Part shown: positions 1-14,438 of the stretch, in pieces
How the letters are laid out: each line of letters starts with the position of its first letter
Position numbering within the stretch: the first letter of the stretch is position 1
Assembly: GCF_003918875.1 (NCBI RefSeq)
Contig: NW_025764959.1
Location: 1 to 64,000 of the forward strand
Source: Haliotis rubra
Lineage: Eukaryota
DNA: 64,000 bases
Direction: 5' to 3'
Position numbers and translations under genes: made by a program
The notes under the pieces: generated by a model
Database searches by the model: none
What the model saw: the letters and a program-made list of their open reading frames with translations, nothing else
What the model was told of the DNA's origin: nothing

Positions 1-3000
1 TTGTTTTGAATATGATGCCCACAGTTTTAACATTAATGTGAACCCCCATTTCTGAGCCCAGTTTTGGATGTGGTTTAGCATTCTTTGGGAATTTGATTGT
101 AGCTTGTTTTCCTGAGGTGGATGATGTCCAAAATGAAATGTCATGTGAACCACAGTAGAAATTTCTGGCCACTTGTCCGGAAAAATGTCATTTATCATAA
201 AATTGAATAGTGTTAGGGAAATTATGCTCCCCACAGTTCATTTTCTAGTGGGAAAGGGTCGAGACAGTATTTATTATTGATTGTGTATTTGTCTGTTATT
301 AAAGAAATGGCAGAATGAAATTTAGAATCCACTTCCCGTGTATGGCATTTTCTTGTAGTTTTTGTATTAGGCCGTTGTACCCAGATCATGTATCCAGCTT
401 TGCTGAAATCTATAAAATAGCCAGCGTGTATTGATTTTTGTGCTTGGGCTACTATATCATGTTCAAATGTAAAATGTGATCAAAGTTTGTAATGAGGTAA
501 GCCAGCTTAATTGTATTGGCGTGGGTTTGAATTTGGTGAAGATGGCGTTTCGTGGTTTTCCATGAGAGATGGGTATGTTTCTAATGGTCCAGATATGGTT
601 GAATAGGGTGAGTGCTAAGAAGTTTAGGATGTTTGGTGGTGAGTTTGTTTGAGTATGGTGTAGCGGTGTAATGTTATCTGGACCAGGGGCTGAGGGCTGT
701 TTTATGTTTTAAGGCTGCCTTAAGTTCGTGTATGTTTATGTTTTTTGTTTATAGGTAGATGTATGAGTGGGAGATTGGTTCGAGGTGAGTAGAGGGGTGG
801 GTGTTTTTAATGGTGTTTTGGAAGAGTTAGCTGTGTAGTTGGTGGAAGGCTGCTAGTGTCCGAGAAGTGGGCAGCAACAGCATTAAGCTTTATCTTTGTT
901 TGTGGGAGGCTTCGAAGGTTAGGTTGAATAATGGATTTGGAATTTCCCTGCGGCTTTAAATTTTTTCCCATTTTTCTAGAGTTATGTTGATTTTTAGCCT
1001 GAAGGGGTTGAACTTAAAGATTTTCTCCAATGTTCCTTTTTTGCTGCCTTGATTAATTTGTTTTTGTATTATTTCCTGAGTTTTTTGCAGCTAAATGTAA
1101 TTTGAGACGGTCCCTCTTTTGATTTATTAGGGCCTTTTCTTGCCTTCTCTGGCGTTAATTATATCTTGGCTCCACCATGGGACTGTTTTTGCTGTAGTGG
1201 TCCAGAAATGTGGGTATGCATGTATTTGTTATATTGATGATGGGTGTTTGTAGAGTTGTGAATTACAAAGTTTCTGTGTCAGTAAGTTTATAATGTTTGA
1301 TAGGTCGATTTGATTGCAGGTTTGGTGAGTTTGTTCCAGTCTGCTTTGTGTATATTGTATTTGATTTCGGCGCTAGAAGTAGGGTAGTTTAAGGGAGGTT
1401 TGTATATGTGATTCTGGTGTAAGAAGTGAAAGATATGGTGATTTTTATGGGGCAGTGGTCACTGCCGCATTAATCCATGTACCTCCCATGCACCTATGCT
1501 TTTGAGGTGTGTGGGCGTGGTGATTGATGAATCTATTGCAGTTGGAGATTGGGCGTGGGAGAAGGGGTATCTGGTGGGTTGATTGTCGTTTTGGAGTGTG
1601 ATGAGGTTGTAGTCGTCTAGCCAGTTAGTTAGAGAGAAAACCGTTGTTATCAGTATAGGGGTTTTGTGCCCCATAATGGATGAGGTGAGAGTTTAGGTCC
1701 CCGAGGGATAAAGGTGTTGGGCGTTAAGCATCTCTTTAAGCGATATTATGACCTAAATCTTAGAGGGTATAAGTTTAATAGAGGGTCTTCTGTAGAGTAT
1801 TTATAGAAGAGTTAATAGTTTATTATTTATTGTAGTTTTATTGCCAGGACTTCTAAGTTAGTAAGTTTGAATGTCAATTTCTGAATAACTGAGCGTTTAT
1901 TTGAGATGAATATTCCCAGTCCCGCTGCTGGACCCGGGAGATTTATTGGCCGGGGTCTATCCCCTTCCCTGATATAATTGTGCAACCGGGATTTTAGAGA
2001 GCGAATTTTAATGGTGAAAGTTTTGTTTCTTGCTTAAGAATATTATTTGGGGCAGAAATTTTGTTTGGGCAGTATGTACCTTAAGCTCATACCCGTTTGC
2101 CTCAGAGGCCATTTACAATTCCCATTGTATCAGAGCCATGACTGCAGTAATTTGGAGATATGATGACTATAATAAATGTGGATGGGGCAGAAATTTTTGA
2201 AGAGAGAGGTTGAAGCAGCTAGGGTAGCTGAAGTGGTGGGTTGTTTTTATAGAGAGGGATTTAACTGCTATGATGAGACCAGACTGGGCTTGTGATATAG
2301 TATTTGCTCTCTGCGATGCAATGCCATGTAATTTTTTGGCTGTAAGGATTGATTTCATGAGTACTGCTGCAGTGATGAATTCAATAATGAGGTTTAAAAT
2401 TGTGGTTTTATTTTTTGTGGGGTGGAAGTGTAAGATTTGTTTGTGGGGCAGATGGTGAGTGGATTATTTGGGGTGGAGTGACCAGGGCCTTTTGGTGAAG
2501 CGGGTGAAGGAGGGCTGGGGGGATGGAAAGATGTGGGGAGGAGTGGTTGGATGGGGGAGGTTTAGCGAGTGGGTGGGGGCAGTTTTGGAACAGGGGGGCT
2601 GGGGCTGGGGATGAGGGAGACTTTGATGGCCAGGACGGAGGTAAGTACCTGCGGTGGTCAGCCTGGGTTTGCTGGGCTGGGCGGGTGGCGTCTGGGGAGG
2701 TTTGGATGTTGAGGGTGGGGAGTGAGTAGGATGGAGGCTGGCGGGCCTAGATTTGGTAGGGCGGGTGGGGCGGCAGGAAGGGCGGAGGTGTTGCGGAAGA
2801 GGAGACAGTTTGAGGGAGGAGATAGATAGTAGGGAGTAATTGTTTTGTGGGTGGTGCCGCTTGGGCAGGTCAGTTTGTTTGAGGTGCCGTTGATTTTATT
2901 TGTGTCTGTTTTGTGGGGCATGATTTGGTGAGTGTTCCAGAGTTGGCAGTGTATAATATGTAGTGTGGTGATGTTCATGCATGTCTGACATTTTGGAAGC

Positions 3001-3833
3001 ATAGTGAATAGTTTTTACAGTTGTCTGTTGTGTGATTGAATTGAAAGCAGTTTTACTGTGTTGGGTTTTTACGGATAAAATTTTGTAGTTTAACGCCAAA
3101 TGCGATGTAGGTTGGTAGTGCGACGAAATGTGAGGAAGGTTATCTGGGTATTGGGCTGGTTTGCGATGGCTGTTTTGTGTTTATTGTTTTGTAGTCTGTG
3201 ATTTTGCCGGTTTGATGGTATTTTGCAATGTGTATGTATTCTGAATGTCTGTTGCGCTTCCCCTGCGATGTGACGACCGTGTTTGTGTTCGCCACTGAAA
3301 GCCCCATTTTATCAGGTTTCGTCTATGTGTTTGAGTGCGTTGTTGAGTGAATGTTCATCTGGAATAAAGTTACTGAAACCTCTGCCACAGAAGTTTATGC
3401 ATTTGTATGATGCTTGTTTCTGGCAGAGGGCAAATTTGTCAGAGTATGCGGATTAGGGTGCATGGTGCTGGTGGCGCAGGTATTTATTGGTTGTGGCTGC
3501 GGTGGGGGTGTCTGGTCATGTTTTGTTGGATTGTTGCTGCTTTCGGGAGAAATGTGAGGGCGTTTGGCTGGTGTTTTATGGGTGGTGGTGGTGCTGGTAG
3601 GCCGGCAGTTTCCATGGGTTGGGGTGGAGTACGCCGAAGTCTGCGGGCATGGGCTGATGTTGTTTGGAGAGGTGTACCGGGCGTCTATTGGTTGAGAACA
3701 GTGAACAGTGTGGGTAGAATGCATTGTGGTCGCGAGTGTGCGATCGAATTTGATGCCGGTGTTTGTTACGCTTTTCCGGCTCCAGCAGACGCTGGATCAA
3801 TGAATGAATGAATGCGTGAATGAATGAATGTCA
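1..3833 (-). mobile_element. Error-ridden inverted copy of the 5' ~4.4 kb of the LINE at 16714-23443 (5'UTR, ORF1, endonuclease, part of RT); continues beyond the window start
   Basis: Base 1 onward is the reverse complement of ~21075 downward. (GAAT)n at ~3800-3830 mirrors (ATTC)n at 16716-16748. Minus-strand ORF fragments (LTNWLDDYNLITL, IIAVKSLS, THKTITPYY) match the plus-strand LINE. Confidence 0.93.
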
Positions 3834-6800
3834 AAGTGAAGTACATCGGACTCTGGGGAAACCTTATACGCCCCTCAGTACAAACAAGTAGATTTTATAT
3901 CACGAGTCGCCGCTTCAGTACAGATCCAGCTATACCGCAACTTCATTGCCGGATCGAAATGGACTTACGGTCCGAGCTTAATCAATCATGTGCTTGTCAA
4001 AACCAGCTAATTTGTAGTGGATATTGCCCATTGGCGACAGGGAGGTACAAGCCGTCGAACAGTACCCATTAATGAAACTTATTTGTAATAGTTATCCAGA
4101 GAAGTAAAACAGTTGCATTTCTTGACGTTTGAGTTTAACTCACCATTTTACCCTTTCACATCATAGTTTATGAGACGACTGGATTGTGTGGATAATGAAA
4201 TCTTACCATAAAGATGTATATATAGCTGAAGAGGCGTTATCAGTAGAAGTATCTGAAGAGCGTGACAGCCTTGCTGTAACAGCTGAATGGTCAATACGGG
4301 GAGACCAGCCACACTGAGCCTATTCGATTTCACCACTGGCCCGATCTGTGTTCAGTTTCTTCAGGAATACACGATGACTTCAGGCTGATTGCCGTATTGA
4401 GTTTACTGTTCAGCTCCAGCTGGCAGCACAAATTAAAAGGCTGTTCTACTGGAACGAGATACTGTTCAACAGATACGTCACAATTATATTATCGTACCGC
4501 ATAACGCATGAGGTCGTTATTGTGGCGTGAGCCGAGATATACGTCGACATCCGGACAGCATTTACCGATCACCGTTAATTCGCGCAACAGCAGTAACCGC
4601 AGTAATCCCTGGACGAAATCGCTTCAAAAGAGTTCATAATTAACGTTCGTCCAGACAAAGATCCTCACATTTATTCATCCAACATCCAGCAATTATGGTT
4701 CAATATCAGATTTTAACATTTCGAACAAGAATCAATAATCAGCGTTAATGCAGCGTGTCAGAACTGATTTCATCTATGAGTGTTCGGCGAGATCAAATGA
4801 ACATATCAGCCGCCGTCGCATAGAGATTTCGGTTCGTCCGTTTATCGTCCGAATTCGTAGATGGTAAACACCTCCATCCCGACAGCCAGGAGCTGGCCCA
4901 GAACGCGCAAGGGTATCGGAACAAGTCTGTTTCGGTTTTAGCACGAGTGGTTATTTTATGCGATAGCGTACCGATAGTCACCATCGTCATGGAAGTGAGA
5001 TCCGATCTTCAGGTTTATCCGACTGATTCATCATTGCAGGAGTCAGCATTTCGATACGAAGAGGATGAGCGACAGCACGTAGCGGGGATTATACAGTAGC
5101 TGTTTCGGCGAGATCGTTATTTGAATGATCGTTAATCAATCATGTGCCGTTCTATAAGCTGGCAAAGGAGGAGTTCAACAACTAACGCCATTCAATAATA
5201 CCGATTAAAGTCGCAAGATTACCTTCATTTCTGTCGCATTGCTTTGTTACAGAGGAGCAACAAACATAATAAGAGAAAACCATCCATGCTTCCACGAAAC
5301 CTCTATTTCCAACGACGAAACACTTCGCATATCAGAAAACTGCTAAAGTCAGCGCATGTGATCGTATTGTTCGCATTTCTTTTGATATCTTTGTTCATTT
5401 CACCTTCTTTCATCATAGACATCACGAAGGATATTAACCATTCGAATATCGTTTCAACCTTTACCATATAAAGATGTTGATTACGTGTACTTAATATCAT
5501 TGGAGTTTAACGCATCAACGTAATACGTCTCCGTAACAGCCAGTTCTGAATAATATCAATAAGCGATAATACTAAGAGCCCACGACGACCACGTTCCGTG
5601 ATGTTCCGATCTTCTTTCAGGGGAATGAGTTTTGAAATTTTGACGCCGGTTTCAGTTATTCAGTTCTTTCGTGCCGTGGCGATTGTCATTCAATCCTCCA
5701 GTTCGCCAAAGGTTCCACTGCGAGAGCACGAAATGACGATCGGCATGAGAGATGGTCATTATGATATAAACATGGTCAGCGAATGACAACGGTTCCGTCC
5801 AGCGTACCATAGTTGAAACTACGGTTACATTATTGATACGATCGTTATTAGCGCCATTTCAAAGAGTTTATATCGTGAACGTTGATTGTCGACTTCATTA
5901 TTTACTATCAACATACCATGTTTGCTGGTCATGGTGATACCCGTGCACAACATAACAAAGCATATGTCGCCATCATATCAGAAGCGTTACGTAGAATTAT
6001 GTCGTAGTGAAATGTTCATTCGCGAAGCGAGCCAGCATCCGCCTGCAGTTTCTTCATAGAGACGACACTCGTTTGTTCGTAGACGGTAAACACCTTCCAG
6101 GGTTCGCTGTGCCGTCGCTCCAGCCGTTCGTATCGGTGCGTCTGGTAGAGCATTTATCAAAACAAGTTTCTTCCGAAGCGTCGTGAGCACTAGCTTGCCA
6201 TGTTGATATCATCTGACGTGATCTTCACGCATTAATACGGGCTGGGCGATATCTTCAGTTAACCGGACCTTTCAGGTTTATCGGCCCGTAGGAGTCGCGA
6301 CGCCTGAAAGAAACAAACCAGCAGGCGGAGATGACGGGAAACCCACCGTAGTTAGCACGTTTGAATAGCGCAGATCGTAGTAACGCGTCTCGATCGAAAT
6401 GGGACTATTGAAGCACGCTTAAACGAAACTTCGACTTTGCAGTAAAGCGATAATCAATTCAGTTCGGGAAGTCAGCGCGATGTCACCATACGAAGCTGGC
6501 TTGTTGGCAGGAGAAGTCGCCGTTAAATATAGCATTTGTCTTCATTGTACAAGAATAAAACAATAGAAAACTCGTTAGCAGGCAGCAGCGACTTCGCATG
6601 ACGTGACCTTATACACCACCATACCTTCGTCTTCATCTATCACAAGCAGGATATTCGGCGACCCCCACGATGCAAGAGTAGCTGAAATCGTCTGCAATGG
6701 TCTGGCGTATCGGTTCTGGAGCTTATCATAAATGTTGAACAATGTTATCGGCCAGATGGGGACTTATCATGATGACACCGTCCTGCGTAGATAAATCTTC

Positions 6801-8138
6801 GTTCCGCGAATGAGTCGCCCCTGAAGATTCAGCTTCTTTGCGACGCCCGCGCGCATCGAGTTTAATCGCAAGCGATATACGAAACTATCGGCGGAGAGCA
6901 GCATTTTTTCCACCATAGCCCCATGCGGTCGCTGTCGAGTTGTACCCAACAGTGTTTCATTTTGCCGTTGTTATCCATGGCTTTTGGCCAGTTTACGTTA
7001 TTAAAGAGCGACGTTTATAAGTGATGCCGGTTCCGGAATGTTTCAATAAAGAGCTTCATACCGGCATCCACGCATCATGACTTCATTGTCTATCTCATCA
7101 ACATACCATCAACAATAGTGATTGCGCCACGTCAAAGTTAATGTAGCACTAGTTGAACCAGATTTCTGAGCAGAAGTCTTTGCCTTCACGAAGCGTCTCC
7201 CTGCCTCGTCCTCCGTCTCTATCGTCAGTTACTGATTTACCGATCGTCCGTCCCAAACGTTTGATTTTGCATCCGTTGTTCAAACGGGAAAACAGAAGCG
7301 AATTCAACGTCGCCCGGCGATAGCCTGATACATGTTGATTATAAGCGTTTGAGTAATCTGAAGTTTATTACACCGATAACCTGCGTCAGCCGACACTGAA
7401 AGAACTCTTTTCGCCGGAGATTTGCCGCCCACGCCCCACCAAATAAACAGCGGGGATTTATTATCAGCGATCGTTACGTAACTGAGCCACTTCGATTTAC
7501 GGGATTCACTGGAGCACCAATCGCTGCTTGTCGAAACAAGCTGACTTCGTGCGGGAAGTTCGATGTTCACAATCGATAAAGTCGCTTCTGGTTTTATCGC
7601 TTTGGGGATAACAGAACATCATTCAAAACAAACGATAATATCAACAGAAAATCCCTCGGTAGCCAGTAGTGGCAAAGTCAGTATTGCATTGCAGCATCAT
7701 TTAAACCGTCAGATTGTTGAAATCCAATATGTTGCGCATATAGTTTGAAGAATGAACATAAAGAAGTAATATCTTCGTCACAATGCCGTCAGACAGGGAT
7801 ATCATGTAAAGCGTTAACAAAATGGGGATTGAACGATCATTGTCTTGTAAGCTGATGTTCCGACTTCTGTTTTCAGCGTATCGAGCCAGGATGCCATTCG
7901 AAGAAGCCGTAGTGGTTAACATAGCTCACTGGGCATACTCAGGCGATAGAAATATGAAACATTCTCCGGTATATTTGCTGCCCCTTTCGTTGAGGTCATG
8001 GTCATTTGTTGTCAGCGAGGTTGTGCCGCTGGAATCCATCGTTCGGTTATCTGCTTTTGAACATTGTGATGTCCGCTTCAAGCCTTTGATACCAAGAGGA
8101 GAAAACGACCGAACTGCGTCACCATCTCGCCTATCTTC
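3834..8138 (-). other. Heavily garbled, ~2-fold compressed reverse-complement copy of array units 1-4 (probable fold-back read artefact)
   Basis: Recognisable inverted anchors: ~3835 to 16710, ~3990 to 16530, ~4210 to 16050, ~4700 to 15150, ~5465 to 13665, ~5895 to 12800, ~6390 to 11790, ~7090 to 10400. Anchor period is ~1.2 kb against 2.39 kb in the array. Confidence 0.8.
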
Positions 8139-9653
8139 CACGCCTTTCGTCATTTTGCGCGGGCTTCTGACGGGTGTCATGCCCAATAATCTATTCTGTC
8201 CAATAAATGTGCTTAAAAAGCCATGGATAACCAACTAAAATGAAACACATTTAGATATTGACGATGGATTTTATCTTACACAACTCTCGGCTACGCCACA
8301 GCATAACATTTTTCAACCGTTGTCATTCCTTTGACCATATAAATGACCATGACATATCATAATGATTGAAGAAAACCACCCAAAATACTCTCTATCTCTC
8401 ATACCTAATGTTTCAGAATGTCATCCTTTCTCGAATTGTACTCTATCCTTTGAAATGAACATGCCCCAGTGCTTGGGCTGAACCTAGGAGGTTAAAACTG
8501 TTAATGCATACAGCATACAATGCAAAAGAAAACTGAATCTTTCAAATTGGCATCAGCACAAGTCAAAAGTATTTCAAGAAAAAGCACTCGGTGTACAACA
8601 TTCCCTGAAGAAACAGAACACGAAAGATCGGAACATCCTTACACAAGACAGTGGTCATCATTGAAATGGGCTCAGTTAGCAAGCTGGTCCCATCTGTACA
8701 ATGCCCTTTTACATTATTGTGTATTCAAAGCAACATTTACACATGATAGAGTTGTATTACGTTGTCCTGTGCAACTCTCCAACAGAATTGTCACATATGT
8801 ATTCAAGATGTACTTTCTACCCAATCTAACACACACATGAACTGTCTTCAAACTATATATACACATCTTTATATGGTAAGGTTTCAAACAATCTGACGTT
8901 CACCAAGTATTGTTTCAGATGGACAATATCCACATACAAAAGTCTCAGATCATTCGTGATATATATCTATGATGTAAGAAGAGGTAGAGAAATGGTGAGG
9001 TTAACAAATAAGGTGCTACGTCAAAGAAATGCAGACAATACAGTCCATACTTTGACTTTGCCTACTTTAAACAGGGATTTTCTGTTATTGTGCAAGTGGT
9101 TTTGTCGTTCTTATTTATTACAAATAGAGGTTTCGTGAAGCATAAGACGTTTTTCTGTTGCTATGTTTTTGTCAGCGGCCCTCTCCCTCTACCAACAAAG
9201 CCAATGCATTAGAAGTAAGACGACGAAGGGCACCGTTAGATTAATCCCGACTTTATCAAGAAACGCTGATTGATATTCCCCGAGATAACGAGATTGGATT
9301 GGTTGAACTTTCCTCAGACCTCCCTTTACTACAAATTAAGCTTGTTTTGACAAGCACATGATTGGTGCTTCAAAGTGGACAATGAGATCCCATTTCGATC
9401 AAAGCCCAATGAAGTTGCAGTATAGCTTTGATCTCGCCACTGGCTTCCAAAACGCTCTCTTTGATGTATAAATCCCCACTTGTTTGTACTGAGGGCAAGT
9501 ATAAAGGTTTCCCAGAGTCCGATGTACTTCACTCCATCTCAGCCTGCAGGACCGATCACACCCTCTTTCAATTATCAGAGCGTCACTGACTTCCTACAGT
9601 ATTAGCTATAGGCCCGATATCAGTCCAGAATTGTGTAGATAAGTCCCTAGAAA

Positions 9654-10271
9654 ATGGATCCAGTTCAAGTTGCCATCAAGCTGAGAGGTCTCCTTGTTGC
9701 CCATGACAATGCAGTGAAAGAGATCCTGACATTGGGGTAAATATCAACACTTCTTATCTGCCTGTAAAAATGCCAATATTTAGTACTCTGACCTTCAAAA
9801 ATTGAAAAACCTCATGACTTTATTTTGATCATCTCTGCATTAAGACTTCTAATTACCCCCGTTTTACTTTTTTTTCAGACATGCAGGTGTACAAGCTGAT
9901 GCAAAGATGACGGCCAACTCCTCCAACAACTGTATAATTCGAGGTGAACAGCTGATCCAGAGACGATGGGTACTGGAAGGTGTGAAGGGAGATGTTACCA
10001 TCTACAGACAAATCAAGTGGCAAGAGGTGCAGGCCTGTGTAAATGCCATCACCAAAGATGTTTCTGGAGAGGGATACAGGAGGCGGATTGGAATGCTGAA
10101 ACTTCCTTCAATGACGATGACGCTTCCTTCACCGAACCCGAGGTCGACAGCTCATACAGTGAGGACGACGAAGACCAGGAAGACCTCTACACCAACGACA
10201 GCAGCTACGATATGATGACTCTCAGTCGAGCTTTGTCTGTAGACGACTGTGCACTTCATAGACACGCTTAA
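9654..10271 (+). CDS. Array gene copy 1 (two exons; several indels, probably sequencing error)
   Basis: Same exon/intron structure as intact copies, with indels mostly in homopolymers; this is the copy nearest the fold-back point. Confidence 0.6.
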
Positions 10272-12049
10272 GGGAAATCACAAGTTCCTGGCCACATCAG
10301 CTAGTGCTACATTAACTTTGTTATTGTTCTTGTTCAGAAATGTTGTGCAAAGAGCATCCTGTTATATTGTAACCATAATTGCTTGTTGATGGTTATGTTG
10401 ATGAAATAAAATAATGAAGTCGATATTATAATCTTTGTCATTTGCTGACACGTTCACGACATCTTGAGGACAGACATTAGTATAGAAAGCTCTTTTGATA
10501 CTAGAGAAACGATTCATTCAAGATGGCATCTCACAGTTTCACGCCTTTCGTCATTTGCGCGGGTTCTGACGGTGTCATGCCCAATAATCTATTCTGTCCA
10601 ATAAAATGTAGCTAAAAGCCATGGATAATAACCAACTAAAATGAAACACATTTAGATATTGACGATGGGATTTCCATCTTACACAACTCCGGCTACGCCA
10701 CAGCATAACATTTTCAACCGTTGTCATTCCTTTGACCATATAAATGACCATGACATATCATAATGATTGAAGAAAACCACCCAAAATACTCTATCTCTCA
10801 TACCGAATGTTTCGTAATGTCATCCTTTCGACTGTACTCTATCCTTTTGAAATGAACATGCCCCAGTGCTTGGGCTGAACCTAGGAGGTTAAAACTGTTA
10901 ATGCATACAGCATACAATGCAAAAGAAAACTGAATTCTTTCAAATTGGCATCAGCACAAGTCAAAAGTATTTCAAGAAAAAGCACTCGGTGTACAACATT
11001 CCCCTGAAGAAACAGAACACGAAAGATCGGAACATCCTTACACAAGACAGTGGTCATCATTGAAATGGGCTCAGTTAGCAAAGCTGGTCCCATCTGTACA
11101 ATGCCCTTTTACATTATTGTGTATTCAAAGCAACATTTACACATGATAGAGTTGTATTACGTTGTCCTGTGCAACTCTCCAACAGAATTGTCACATATGT
11201 ATTCAAGATGTACTTTCTACCCAATCTAACACACATGAACTGTCTTCAAACTATATATACACATCTTTTATATGGTAAGGTTTCAAACAATCTGACGTTC
11301 ACCAAGAATTGTTTCAGATGGACAATATCCACATACAAAAGTCTCAGATCATTCGTGATATATATCTATGATGTAAGAAGAGGTAGAGAAATGGTGAGGT
11401 TAACAAATAAGGTGCTACGTCAAAGAAATGCAGACAATACAGTCCATACTTTGACTTTGCCTACTTTAACAGGGATTTTCTGTTATTGTGCAAGTGGTTT
11501 TGTCGTTCTTATTTATTACAAATAGAGGTTTCGTGAAGCATAAGACGTTTTCTGTTGCTATGTTTTTTGTCAGCGGCCTTCTCCCTACCAACAAAAGCCA
11601 ATGCATTAGAAGTAAGACGACGAAGGGCACCGTTAGATTAATCCCGACTTTATCAAGAAACGCTGATTGATATTCCCCGAGATAACGAGATTGGATTGGT
11701 TGAACTTTCCTCAGACCTCCCTTTACTACAAATTAAGCTTGTTTGACAAGCACATGATTGGTGCTTCAAAGTGGACAATGAGATCCCATTTCGATCAAAG
11801 CCCAATGAAGTTTGCAGTATAGCTTTGATCTCGCCACTGGCTTCCAAAACGCTCTCTTTGATGTATAAATCCCCACTTGTTTGTACTGAGGGCAAGTATA
11901 AAGGTTTCCCAGAGTCCGATGTACTTCACTCCATCTCAGCCTGCAGGACCGATCACACCCTCTTTCAATTATCAGAGCGTCACTGACTTCCTGCAGTATT
12001 AGCTATAGGCCCGATATCAGTCCAGAATTGTGTAGATAAGCCCTAGAAA

Positions 12050-12662
12050 ATGGATCCAGTTCAAGTTGCCATCAAGCTGAGAGGTCTCCTTGTTGCCCAT
12101 GACAATGCAGTGAAAGAGATCCTGACATTAGGTAAATATCAACACTTCTTATCTGCCTGTAAAAATGCCAATATTTAGTACTCTGACCTTCAAAATTGAA
12201 AACCTCATGACTTTATTTTGATCATCTCTACCAAGACTTCTAATTACCCCGTTTTACTTTTTTTCAGACATGCAGGTGTACAAGCTGATGCAAAAGATGA
12301 CGGCCAACTCCTCCAACAACTGTATAATTCGAGGTGAACAGCTGATCCAGAGACGATGGGTACTGGAAGGTGTGAAGGAGATGTTTACCATCTACAGACA
12401 AATCAAGTGGCAAGAGGTGCAGGCCTGTGTAAATGCCATCACCAAAGATGTTTCTGGAGAAAGGGATACAGAGGCGGATTGGAATGCTGAAACTTCCTTC
12501 AATGACGATGACGCTTCCTTCACCGAACCCGAGGTCGACAGCTCATACAGTGAGGACGACGAAGACCAGGAAGACCTCTACACCAACGACAGCAGCTACG
12601 ATATGATGACTCTCAGTCGAGCTTTGTCTGTAGACGACTGTGCACTTCATAGACACGCTTAA
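12050..12662 (+). CDS. Array gene copy 2, intact 158-aa unknown protein (exons 12050-12131, 12268-12662)
   Basis: aaaATGG start; MDPVQVAIKLRGLLVAHDNAVKEILTL; phase-1 intron G|GTAAAT...CTAAT...TTTTCAG|AC; then DMQVYKLMQK...HRHA-stop in frame. Confidence 0.85.
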
Positions 12663-14438
12663 GGGAAATCACAAGTTCCTGGCCACATCAGCTAGTGCTA
12701 CATTAACTTTGTTATTGTTCTTGTTCAGAAATGTTGTGCAAAGAGCATCCTGTTATATTGTAACCATAATTGCTTGTTGATGGTTATGTTGATGAAATAA
12801 AATAATGAAGTCGATATTATAATCTTTGTCATTTGCTGACACGTTCACGACATCTTGAGGACAGACATTAGTATAGAAAGCTCTTTTGATACTAAGAGAG
12901 AAACGATTCATTCAAGATGGCATCTCACAGTTTCACGCCTTTCGTCATTTTGCGCGGGTTCTGACGGTGTCATGCCCAATAATCTATTCTGTCCAATAAA
13001 TGTAGCTAAAAGCCATGGATAATAACCAACTAAAATGAAACACATTTAGATATTGACGATGGGATTTCCATCTTACACAACTCCGGCTACGCCACAGCAT
13101 AACATTTTCAACCGTTGTCATTCCTTTGACCATATAAATGACCATGACATATCATAATGATTGAAGAAAACCACCCAAAATACTCTATCTCTCATACCGA
13201 ATGTTTCGTAATGTCATCCTTTCGACTGTACTCTATCCTTTTGAAATGAACATGCCCCAGTGCTTGGGCTGAACCTAGGAGGTTAAAAACTGTTAATGCA
13301 TACAGCATACAATGCAAAAGAAAACTGAATCTTTCAAATTGGCATCAGCACAAGTCAAAAGTATTTCAAGAAAAAGCACTCGGTGTACAACATTCCCCTG
13401 AAGAAACAGAACACGAAAGATCGGAACATCCTTACACAAGACAGTGGTCATCATTGAAATGGGCTCAGTTAGCAAGCTGGTCCCATCTGTACAATGCCCT
13501 TTTACATTATTGTGTATTCAAAGCAACATTTACACATGATAGAGTTGTATTACGTTGTCCTGTGCAACTCTCCAACAGAATTGTCACATATGTATTCAAG
13601 ATGTACTTTCTACCCAATCTAACACACATGAACTGTCTTCAAACTATATATACACATCTTTATATGGTAAGGTTTCAAACAATCTGACGTTCACCAAGAA
13701 TTGTTTCAGATGGACAATATCCACATACAAAAGTCTCAGATCATTCGTGATATATATCTATGATGTAAGAAGAGGTAGAGAAATGGTGAGGTTAACAAAT
13801 AAGGTGCTACGTCAAAGAAATGCAGACAATACAGTCCATACTTTGACTTTGCCTACTTTAACAGGGATTTTCTGTTATTGTGCAAGTGGTTTTGTCGTTC
13901 TTATTTATTACAAATAGAGGTTTCGTGAAGCATAAGACGTTTTCTGTTGCTATGTTTTGTCAGCGGCCTTCTCCTCTACCAACAAAGCCAATGCATTAGA
14001 AGTAAGACGACGAAGGGCACCGTTAGATTAATCCCGACTTTATCAAGAAACGCTGATTGATATTCCCGAGATAACGAGATTGGATTGGTTGAACTTTCCT
14101 CAGACCTCCTTTACTACAAATTAAGCTTGTTTCGACAAGCACATGATTGGTGCTTCAAAGTGGACAATGAGATCCCATTTCGATCAAAGCCCAATGAAGT
14201 TGCAGTATAGCTTTGATCTCGCCACTGGCTTCCAAAACGCTCTCTTTGATGTATAAATCCCCACTTGTTTGTACTGAGGGGCAAGTATAAAGGTTTCCCA
14301 GAGTCCGATGTACTTCACTCCATCTCAGCCTGCAGGACCGATCACACCCTCTTTCAATTATCAGAGCGTCACTGACTTCCTACAGTATTAGCTATAGGCC
14401 CGATATCAGTCCAGAATTGTGTAGATAAGCCCTAGAAA

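Noticed and set aside
1-3833. A second independent LINE insertion proving site specificity
   Set aside because: It shares the same junction and the private SNPs of the adjacent unit, so it is a mirror of the same insertion.
4300-8138. CpG-rich, bacterial-looking sequence with short ORFs (possible contamination or horizontal transfer)
   Set aside because: No coherent ORFs, and it contains ordered inverted anchors of the array units, so it is best explained as miscalled fold-back sequence.
13254-13278. Hairpin GCCCCAGTGCTTGGGC followed by CTAG as a Helitron 3' end, making the array a Helitron concatemer
   Set aside because: The spacing is short, CTAG is followed by G rather than T or a TC start, and the array edge does not coincide with it.
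13293-13917. Recurrent 60-120 aa spacer ORFs (MLTEP, MKWAQ, MSCAT) and the antisense MKYIG ORF
   Set aside because: They mostly start at non-ATG codons, overlap in different frames, are broken variably between units and have no promoter or splice context. They recur only because the unit is repeated.
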